A program made the position numbers and the translations under genes. The notes below the pieces were generated by a model, which was not told where the DNA came from, ran no database searches, and saw nothing but the letters and a program-made list of their open reading frames with translations. Positions 56,366-64,000 of a DNA stretch of 64,000 nucleotides are shown here, one piece after another. This stretch comes from an uncultured Gammaproteobacteria bacterium (GTDB taxonomy: Bacteria > Pseudomonadota > Gammaproteobacteria > UBA9214): the NCBI GenBank assembly GCA_963773065.1, contig CAVYZN010000022.1:1-64000 (forward strand), read 5' to 3'. Each line of letters starts with the position of its first letter. Within the stretch, counting starts at the first letter, position 1.

Positions 56366-58645
56366 CTACACTGCGGTTTGTCTGCTCGTCAAAACCCCAG
56401 CCTCCTCAAGCGCGCCATTCAGCAGGCGGTGGATGGCAAATCCGTCCTCCATTCCGAGTGCCTCGTCAAGGAGTGAGCGCGCCCGCTGCAGCGTGAAACT
56501 TCGAATGGCCAGTTTGACGCGCGCAAGACTCGCGGGGCTCATACTCAGGGCATCGACCCCCATCCCCAGAAGCAACAGCGCCCCCGCCGGATCACCCGCC
56601 ATTTCGCCACATACGCTGACCGGCTTGCCTTGCAGGTGCGCCCCTTTGATGACATGGTGGATGGCATTGAGGACGGCCGGATGCAGACTGTCGTACGGAG
56701 TCGCCACCTGCGCGTTGTTCCTGTCCACGGCCAGCAGGTACTGGGTGAGATCATTCGTCCCCACCGAGAGAAAATCCACGCGTTCCGCCAGGGCGGTTGC
56801 CAAAAAGACGGCGGAGGGTACTTCAATCATCACCCCCACGCGGAGTTTTTCCGCGGCCCGGCCTTCTTCCAGCAGTTCCCGATAAGCGCGTGCCAGCAGC
56901 CCCAGAGCCTCGTCCAGTTCACCGACTCTGCTGATCATGGGAAAGAGGACTTGCAGGTTATTAAGACCGGCGTTGGCTCGCAACATGGCGCGCAATTGAA
57001 TAAGGAAGATCTCCGGGTGATCAAGCGAGAACCGGATCCCACGACAACCCAGAAACGGGTTGTCCTCCCGCACGGGGAAATAGGGCAGGATTTTGTCACC
57101 GCCTACGTCGAGCGTGCGCAGGGTCACGGGTCTCGGTGTGAAGTCTTCCAGCACCTGGCGATAGATCTGGTACTGCTCGTCCTCGAGCGGAAAGGCTTCA
57201 CGCAACAGAAAGTGATATTCAGTACGATACAGACCGACACCTTCGGCGCCGCTGTCTCTTGCGGCAACGGTATCGGAGACCAGCCCGATATTCGCATACA
57301 GCGGCAGCCGGCTACCGTCTGGCGTTTCGGCCGGCAGGTCACGCAGCGCCATGAGCCGTTCGGATCGGGCCCGCTCTTCGCCAATGAGATGCCGGAACGC
57401 ATCGAGCACGGCGGGTGACGGTTCTATGTAAATGCGCCCCTGGTCACCATCGATCACCATCTCGCAGCCGTCCAAACGGCCGATGGGCAGGGGCGCGAGG
57501 CTCACGACGGCGGGGATGCCCAGGGCGCGCGCCATAACGGCGGTGTGGGACAGGGCCGAACCGTGCAGGCAGACGATGCCGGCGAGTTGTCCAACCGGCA
57601 CGGCGGCGATTTCCGTTATGCTCACCGTATCACCCACCAGGACGCACTGTTGCGGGTACTGTCTCGACTCTTTGGCCTCTGCCTGGAGCTGAAGAAGGAC
57701 ACGCTGGCCTAGCGCGCGAATGTCTTCCGCACCCGCGCGCAGGTAGGGGTCTTCCATCTGTTCGAATACCTGTGCATGATCGGCAATGGTGCCCCGCCAT
57801 GCCCCCGGGGCCCAGTTGCCGGCGCGGATCCGCGCGAGGGCGTCTGACACTAAACCGTCACTGCCCAGCAACTTGCCATAGACATCGAACAAGGCGCGCA
57901 CCTCGCTGGGCAAATCAGCGGCCAGGCGCTCGCTGCTGGCGCGCAGTTCCTCATGAACGGCGGCAACCGCGGACTTGAAGGTGGTCTCTTCGGCATCGAT
58001 GTCCTGGGCCGGGCGATCCGGTATCGATTCCAGCCTGGCCAGTGGATCGAGCAGTGCGGCGGTGCCGATGGCCACGCCGGCAGCCATCTGAATCCCCTGG
58101 ATGAAGGCGACCCCCTGCACCTCCCCGCTCAGCATCCTGCTGACTTCGTCGACTGCCGCCGCTTCGTGGATAGCCTTTGCCAGTTGCGCTGCAATCGTGA
58201 CGAAAAAAGTCACCTCGTCCTTATCGAACTGGCCCTGTGCCCGTTTCCAGGCCACCAACACGCCCAGGACCTGGTGATAATGGATCAACGGTACGCCGAG
58301 AAAGGATTGATAATGTTCTTCTCCTGTTGCGGAAGATGGGTGGTAGCGTGGGTGAGCCGCCGCGTCCGACACAGTAATCAGCTCGCGGCGTTCTCCGACC
58401 AGACCCAGAAGGCCCTCCTGTCGATCTATGCGGACCTCGCCTATGGACGCCGGGTTAAAACCATCTGCTGCCATCAAGACGTATTGATTGCTTTCCACAT
58501 CGGTCAGATACACGGCGCAGGCATCGATTGGCTGGGCATCCTTGACCCGGCGAACAATGATGCCCAGGGCGTCATCCAGATTTGTTGCGGCGCTGACTTC
58601 CTGTACGATTTGTCGCAAAGTAACAAGCATCGAATGGATTGGCAT
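56366..58645 (-). CDS. ptsP: GAF-containing PEP-protein phosphotransferase (Enzyme I-Ntr)
   Basis: N-terminal GAF domain, SHTAVMARALGIP, GVGLYRTE, RTLDVGGDK, SVGTNDLTQY and CGEMAGDP. Confidence 0.95.
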   Translation of the reverse strand: MPIHSMLVTLRQIVQEVSAATNLDDALGIIVRRVKDAQPIDACAVYLTDVESNQYVLMAADGFNPASIGEVRIDRQEGLLGLVGERRELITVSDAAAHPRYHPSSATGEEHYQSFLGVPLIHYHQVLGVLVAWKRAQGQFDKDEVTFFVTIAAQLAKAIHEAAAVDEVSRMLSGEVQGVAFIQGIQMAAGVAIGTAALLDPLARLESIPDRPAQDIDAEETTFKSAVAAVHEELRASSERLAADLPSEVRALFDVYGKLLGSDGLVSDALARIRAGNWAPGAWRGTIADHAQVFEQMEDPYLRAGAEDIRALGQRVLLQLQAEAKESRQYPQQCVLVGDTVSITEIAAVPVGQLAGIVCLHGSALSHTAVMARALGIPAVVSLAPLPIGRLDGCEMVIDGDQGRIYIEPSPAVLDAFRHLIGEERARSERLMALRDLPAETPDGSRLPLYANIGLVSDTVAARDSGAEGVGLYRTEYHFLLREAFPLEDEQYQIYRQVLEDFTPRPVTLRTLDVGGDKILPYFPVREDNPFLGCRGIRFSLDHPEIFLIQLRAMLRANAGLNNLQVLFPMISRVGELDEALGLLARAYRELLEEGRAAEKLRVGVMIEVPSAVFLATALAERVDFLSVGTNDLTQYLLAVDRNNAQVATPYDSLHPAVLNAIHHVIKGAHLQGKPVSVCGEMAGDPAGALLLLGMGVDALSMSPASLARVKLAIRSFTLQRARSLLDEALGMEDGFAIHRLLNGALEEAGVLTSRQTAV

Positions 58646-58678
58646 GCCGTCTGGAAAAACCGGCGCACGTGAATTTAT

Positions 58679-59999
58679 GCCTCTTTTGAAATCTGAGTGG
58701 CTAGCCGTATTCTAGGCGCACCTACTGATAATCGATAGGATCACGATGAACGAGAGGCTTTTTGAAACAGCCCTGGGCATTGCCGAGCCGTGGCATGTGG
58801 CATCCGTTGACTTGGACGCGACGGCAAAGACTCTGACCGTAGGCATCGACTTCACTGCTGGCAGCCGGTTCGCTGTGGCTGGTGAGACTGGCGTCCATCC
58901 GGTGCACGATACGGTCAGCAAGCGTTATCGGCACCTCAATTTCTTCCAGCACGAGTGCTACCTGGAGGTCCGCGTACCCCGCGTGAAGCTGCCTGGTGGC
59001 GCGGTGCGCCAGGTCGAGCCGGGCTGGACCGGGAAGCTCTCGGGCTTCACGCTGCTCTTTGAGGCACTTGTGCTGATGTTGGCGCGCGAGATGCCGTTTG
59101 CGGCGGTGGCACGTCTCACCGGCGAGAGCTGGCATCGGGTGGCGGCGATTTGCGGGCGCTATGTCGATCTCGCGCTGGCCGAGGCCGACTTCTCCGAGGT
59201 CACCCGCCTGGCCATCGACGAGACCTCGCGAGCCCGCGGCCACGACTATGTCACCCTGGCCGCCGACGCCGAGCGCCGCGCGGTGCTGTTCGTCACCGAA
59301 GGCCGTGAGGCCGAGGCGATCCGGCGGCTGGCCGAGGATCTCCCGGGCCCATGGTGCCGACATTGATGCCATCGACTCGGTCAGCATCGACATGTCGCCG
59401 GCCTTCATCAAGGGCTGCGCCGAGAGTCTTCCCAATGCCCGGATCACCTTCGACAAGTTCCATGTGATCGCCCACGCCTCCAGGGCCCTGGACGAGACCC
59501 GGCGCATCGAGCAGAAAACCACGCCCGGCCTCAAGGGGTTGCGCTGGAAGCTGCTGCGCAATTACGGAACTCTCAGCGACACCGCCCGCGCGGAAGTCGA
59601 CAACCTGCTCGCCAAACTCACCACGAAGCGGACCGCCCGAGCGTGGGTGTACCGTGAGCAGTTGCGCGAGATCCTCGATCGCAAACAGATCAACGTGGTC
59701 GCCGCCATGCTCTGGCAGTGGTGTACCAATGTCATGCGCTCCAAAGTCGAACCCATGAAGGAAGTTGCCAAACTGATCCGCAACCATTTCGAGGGCATCA
59801 TTGCCTGGGCGCAGACCCGTCAGACCAATGGTTTCCTGGAGGCACTGAACGGGCTGTTCCAGTCCGCCAAGCGCAAAGCGCGCGGCTACGGTCGGTTCAG
59901 CACGATCCGTACTGTGATTTTCCTGATCGCCGGCAAACTCGACTTCTCCAAACTCAACCCACATGTGGCGCATTAACCCACTCGGAATTCAAAAGAGCC
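58679..59999 (+). mobile_element. ISL3-family element A, copy 1 (transposase 58746..59976, frameshift near 59345)
   Basis: Inverted repeats GCCTCTTTTGAAATCTGAGTGG / CCACTCGGAATTCAAAAGAGCC. Motifs AIDET, SIDM, FDKFH and TNGFLEALN. Flanks gaatttat / gaattat. Confidence 0.95.
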
Positions 60000-60002
60000 G
60001 AA

Positions 60003-60167
60003 TTATACACCCTTGAAGGGAGCCTGGGCCTCATGTTGAGGCGCGGTGCCAGGCAAGCGGTCATATAAATCACCCGCTGCGCCCGTGAGAACCATGTAAA
60101 CATTGAAAATGATGACGCCTGCCGTGAACAGCAGGGCAAAGCTGAGTCTTTTTTCAGTCGCACTCAT
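60003..60167 (-). CDS. Small 54-aa single-TM protein (below the ORF-track cutoff)
   Basis: AGGA RBS. Sequence MSATEKRLSFALLFTAGVIIFNVYMVLTGAAGDLYDRLPGTAPQHEAQAPFKGV*. Confidence 0.45.
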   Translation of the reverse strand: MSATEKRLSFALLFTAGVIIFNVYMVLTGAAGDLYDRLPGTAPQHEAQAPFKGV

Positions 60168-60745
60168 TGTCCTGGCACCCTCTTATACATGTTCAGTCAT
60201 TGGGGTTCCGGCGTGACGCGTGGTGTCGTGGGGATACAGACCACTGAGCACCGCTATCGCAGCGCTAAGCGGCGCAATTGGCCGAAATAATGTCTGTTGC
60301 CCTGAGACACCCACGCGGGGTTCACTGAACTGGGGACAAGGTCGGACGTCGTTTACGTTGTGGTGAACAGTTGCCGTAACGGCGAAGCGGCGGGATCCTT
60401 TGCTATGAGCCGGACGTGTAATCCTTTACCTATGCACGCAAGGCAGCACTTCTTGGATCTGCTTGCGAGAGCATCTGGTTATTATCATAGTTCACTATGC
60501 GAGAGTGTCAATCAGGGCAAACACCTGCCTCGACGAACCGCGGGGCTATCGCTCGCCGGTCGGTTCGGCTGAAGATGGCTGACCCGGCTGACGCAAGCTC
60601 TCATCCGCGCCTCGGCAGCAATCACGCTATCCACACAGAGACCACCGCTTATACACGTACACGGCAGCCCCCCAGGGTTACCGAGCAGCCCTTAGAATGA
60701 CGATAAGCGGGTACGCTGTAATGCGGGTTAACTACCGTTCTTTTA

Positions 60746-60981
60746 TTAAATCGGACCCACTATCTGGGCAGAGAGATTTTTCGCCACCACTTTCGAGAGT
60801 ACGTCTCGAGAATTGAGTTTTGTCCTGTCGTATTGAACAAGAAGCAGGTGATACCGAAGCGGGCAGAACTCTGCCGAGAACACACCAGTATCTTCCAGGA
60901 TGGCCGCTTGCAGGCCATTTCGGGTAATGCCATCCATTGTTTCATTGATATGAACAATAATTTCGACATTATTGTTTATTT
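60746..60981 (-). pseudogene. HMA-like domain gene, 3' part, split by ISL3 element B
   Basis: VEIIVHINET...GVFSAEFC...HLLLVQYD...AQIVGPI*. The frame continues at 63943-64000 beyond the element. Confidence 0.65.
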
Positions 60982-61047
60982 GGCTATTCCGCACAAAATG
61001 TGGGTAGCCGGTGTGGCTAGTTGAGGTTTTTAAGGAAGATATTTCTT

Positions 61048-62367
61048 GGCTCTTTTGAATTCCGAGTGGGTTAATGCGCCACATGTGGGTTGAGTTTGGA
61101 GAAGTCGAGTTTGCCGGCGATCAGGAAAATCACAGTACGGATCGTGCTGAACCGACCGTAGCCGCGCGCTTTGCGCTTGGCGGACTGGAACAGCCCGTTC
61201 AGTGCCTCCAGGAAACCATTGGTCTGACGGGTCTGCGCCCAGGCAATGATGCCCTCGAAATGGTTGCGGATCAGTTTGGCAACTTCCTTCATGGGTTCGA
61301 CTTTGGAGCGCATGACATTGGTACACCACTGCCAGAGCATGGCGGCGACCACGTTGATCTGTTTGCGATCGAGGATCTCGCGCAACTGCTCACGGTACAC
61401 CCACGCTCGGGCGGTCCGCTTCGTGGTGAGTTTGGCGAGCAGGTTGTCGACTTCCGCGCGGGCGGTGTCGCTGAGAGTTCCGTAATTGCGCAGCAGCTTC
61501 CAGCGCAACCCCTTGAGGCCGGGCGTGGTTTTCTGCTCGATGCGCCGGGTCTCGTCCAGGGCCCTGGAGGCGTGGGCGATCACATGGAACTTGTCGAAGG
61601 TGATCCGGGCATTGGGAAGACTCTCGGCGCAGCCCTTGATGAAGGCCGGCGACATGTCGATGCTGACCGAGTCGATGGCATCAATGTCGGCACCATGGGC
61701 CCGGAGATCCTCGGCCAGCCGCCGGATCGCCTCGGCCTCACGGCCTTCGGTGACGAACAGCACCGCGCGGCGCTCGGCGTCGGCGGCCAGGGTGACATAG
61801 TCGTGGCCGCGGGCTCGCGAGGTCTCGTCGATGGCCAGGCGGGTGACCTCGGAGAAGTCGGCCTCGGCCAGCGCGAGATCGACATAGCGCCCGCAAATCG
61901 CCGCCACCCGATGCCAGCTCTCGCCGGTGAGACGTGCCACCGCCGCAAACGGCATCTCGCGCGCCAACATCAGCACAAGTGCCTCAAAGAGCAGCGTGAA
62001 GCCCGAGAGCTTCCCGGTCCAGCCCGGCTCGACCTGGCGCACCGCGCCACCAGGCAGCTTCACGCGGGGTACGCGGACCTCCAGGTAGCACTCGTGCTGG
62101 AAGAAATTGAGGTGCCGATAACGCTTGCTGACCGTATCGTGCACCGGATGGACGCCAGTCTCACCAGCCACAGCGAACCGGCTGCCAGCAGTGAAGTCGA
62201 TGCCTACGGTCAGAGTCTTTGCCGTCGCGTCCAAGTCAACGGATGCCACATGCCACGGCTCGGCAATGCCCAGGGCTGTTTCAAAAAGCCTCTCGTTCAT
62301 CGTGATCCTATCGATTATCAGTAGGTGCGCCTAGAATACGGCTAGCCACTCAGATTTCAAAAGAGGC
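61048..62367 (-). mobile_element. ISL3-family element A, copy 2
   Basis: Same inverted repeats as copy 1. Perfect 8-bp target duplication TATTTCTT (61040-61047, 62368-62375). Confidence 0.96.
61071..62300 (-). CDS. ISL3 transposase (element A, intact)
   Basis: 409-aa ORF with AIDE, IDM, DKFH and NGFLEALN motifs. Confidence 0.95.
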   Translation of the reverse strand: MNERLFETALGIAEPWHVASVDLDATAKTLTVGIDFTAGSRFAVAGETGVHPVHDTVSKRYRHLNFFQHECYLEVRVPRVKLPGGAVRQVEPGWTGKLSGFTLLFEALVLMLAREMPFAAVARLTGESWHRVAAICGRYVDLALAEADFSEVTRLAIDETSRARGHDYVTLAADAERRAVLFVTEGREAEAIRRLAEDLRAHGADIDAIDSVSIDMSPAFIKGCAESLPNARITFDKFHVIAHASRALDETRRIEQKTTPGLKGLRWKLLRNYGTLSDTARAEVDNLLAKLTTKRTARAWVYREQLREILDRKQINVVAAMLWQWCTNVMRSKVEPMKEVAKLIRNHFEGIIAWAQTRQTNGFLEALNGLFQSAKRKARGYGRFSTIRTVIFLIAGKLDFSKLNPHVAH

Positions 62368-62617
62368 TATTTCTTCCTATTTTGACACAGCGTTTGACCT
62401 TGGCTTGTCCCTCTGTGGTGGGCATGAGATGGCCACATTTTCGGCATTGATCAAGTTCAACACGGTAGACATCGATGCGTCTGCCGGCGAGCCTGCCATT
62501 AAGATCGACCGGGTAGGTGGCGATCTTTCGTTTGAGCGAAGTGCTTGAGCACTGCTCGCAGATGCCAGAGGTGGCGTGGGGGTTTTTGCGCTTGAGTAGG
62601 GTGAGCCAGTTCCGCAT
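62357..62617 (-). pseudogene. YgiT/MqsA-type zinc-finger passenger gene, 3' end interrupted by element A copy 2
   Basis: CEQC ... CRKCG. Removing copy 2 restores ...KIGRNIFLKNLN* with the stop at 61017-61019. Confidence 0.65.
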
Positions 62618-62646
62618 ACTCCGATTTTCCCAGAACTGGATGATCC

Positions 62647-63936
62647 ATGCACCTTGCATTGAAGACGCTGCTCAACCGCGTTGAGCCGATGAAGGGGTTT
62701 GTCTATGAGTCGAGCCGAATCAGCACGGCGGTCGGCACTCGAAGGGGGAGCTTGTCCGCCTGTGTGCCGAGCATCGAGATCGGTCTTCGCGCGCATCAGG
62801 GCAAGCATGGCAAGTGCTCGCAGTGCCTGTTGCCGGCGCCGGGGTACGACAGGCTGGCGGAGCGGTGCTTTCAATTTGTGCCACTGTGGGGAATGACGAC
62901 TTGGTTCGTGTACGCGCCACGGCGGCTGGAGTGCGTTCGGTGTGGTATTCACGTGGAGCATCTACCGTGGGCCTTGGGCAAGCGCCCGGTCACGCAGAGT
63001 TTTGCCTGGTTCCTCGCCAGTTGGGCCAAACTGCTGAGCTGGCAGGTGGTATCCCGGCGCTTCCAGACCAGCTGGGAGAGCGTATTTCGCTCCGTCGAGA
63101 TGGCGGTGATCTGGGGACGCGAACGCATGGATCTCACCGGTATTTCGGCTATCGGCGTGGATGAAATCTACTGGAAGAAGGGCAAGTTCCTCACGCTGGT
63201 GTATCAGATCAACCAGGGTATGAAGCGGCTGTTGTTTGTCATCGAGGATCGACAAGAGAAGAGCCTGCGTAAGTTCTTCGTCTGGTTCGGCAAGGAACGT
63301 AGTGCGCTCATCGAGTTCGTCTGCTCGGACATGTGGAAGCCCTATCTTAATGTCATCGCCAAGCACGCACCCAACGCGCTGAACATCCTGGATCGCTATC
63401 ACATTGCCGCCAAGATGAACAAAGCCATCGATGAGGTTCGCGCGAAGGAAACACACGCTCTGAAACTCCTCGCTAAAGGAGCGAAGGTGATCCTCACGCA
63501 CTCGCGCTGGTGTCTGTTGAAGCGCCCTGAGAACTTGAACGAGAACCAGGCGACCAAGCTCAAGGATCTGCTCTTGTACAACCTGAAATCCATACGGGCC
63601 TACCTGCTCAAGGAAGAGTTCCAGCTGTTTTGGGAGTATGTCTCCCCGGCGTGGGCGGAAAAGTTCCTGGACCAATGGTGCAAAAAGGTGATGCGATCGC
63701 GCCTTGAGCCGATGAAGAAGATCGCACGCATGATCCGTACGCACAAGCCGCTTATCCTGAACTGGTTCGAGGCGCGCGATGAAGTCTCACTCGGCGCAGT
63801 CGAGGGCCTGAACAACAAACTCAAGGCGAGTATCAGAACATCCTACGGATTTCGAACCGCGAAGGCGATAAAGATTATGCTTTATCATAAACTTGGGGCG
63901 CTACCCGAGCCACAGCTCACCCACAGATTCTGCTGA
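62647..63936 (+). CDS. ISL3 transposase (element B)
   Basis: N-terminal zinc finger (CSQC, CVRC), IGVDE, CSDMWKPY, LDRYH and GAVEGLNNK. Confidence 0.95.
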   Translation: MHLALKTLLNRVEPMKGFVYESSRISTAVGTRRGSLSACVPSIEIGLRAHQGKHGKCSQCLLPAPGYDRLAERCFQFVPLWGMTTWFVYAPRRLECVRCGIHVEHLPWALGKRPVTQSFAWFLASWAKLLSWQVVSRRFQTSWESVFRSVEMAVIWGRERMDLTGISAIGVDEIYWKKGKFLTLVYQINQGMKRLLFVIEDRQEKSLRKFFVWFGKERSALIEFVCSDMWKPYLNVIAKHAPNALNILDRYHIAAKMNKAIDEVRAKETHALKLLAKGAKVILTHSRWCLLKRPENLNENQATKLKDLLLYNLKSIRAYLLKEEFQLFWEYVSPAWAEKFLDQWCKKVMRSRLEPMKKIARMIRTHKPLILNWFEARDEVSLGAVEGLNNKLKASIRTSYGFRTAKAIKIMLYHKLGALPEPQLTHRFC

Positions 63937-64000
63937 GGATCCGTTTATTTCATCATTGTTTATTTCATCGTTAGCGGAAGCAGGACCTATTGAGCTTATG

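Larger units (their letters stand above)
60982..63942 (+). mobile_element. ISL3-family element B with passenger gene and nested element A
   Basis: Imperfect inverted repeats ggctattccgcacaaaatgtgggt / acccacagattctgctgaggatcc. Perfect 8-bp target duplication GTTTATTT (60974-60981, 63943-63950). Confidence 0.88.

Noticed and set aside
60505-60600. c-di-GMP-I riboswitch suggested by cagggcaaac
   Set aside because: The GAAA tetraloop stem and the following GACGCAAAGC element are not in the expected arrangement.
58679-62367. Composite transposon formed by the two inverted ISL3-A copies
   Set aside because: Each copy has its own target duplication and the outer flanks do not match, so they are independent insertions.

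Overview
GC-rich bacterial chromosomal segment, most likely a gammaproteobacterium. A Chromatiales-like sulfur oxidiser is inferred from the gene content but not proven. It holds about 55 genes. Housekeeping genes include pyk, frmAB, rlmJ, purT, dsbB, gloA, argG/argD/argF, pdhAB with an E2-E3 fusion, pyrC, rnt, grxD, modABC and ptsP, plus two two-component systems. Many genes carry single-base frameshifts that look like long-read consensus errors, not true pseudogenes. Most interesting: (i) a cupredoxin / B12-radical-SAM / ferritin-like di-iron operon divergent from a START lipid-binding gene; (ii) three paralogous secreted Gly-Tyr-Pro proteins sharing the mature N-terminus F[DN][MF]GNMM[NS]PS[KR]W (sulfur-globule-protein-like), clustered within 10 kb with redox genes and an unrecognised 4x52-aa Cys-pair repeat protein; (iii) a sharp junction fusing the 3' ends of a nif-type SIR2 gene and fixX next to modABC, a probable nif/fix deletion scar; (iv) nested ISL3 elements with readable 8-bp target duplications and a zinc-finger passenger gene; (v) small repeats inserted inside REP-like palindromes; (vi) an htrA gene bracketed by a duplicated purT promoter and start. 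No rRNA, tRNA or CRISPR array was seen. All family calls come from motif recognition by eye, with no database search.
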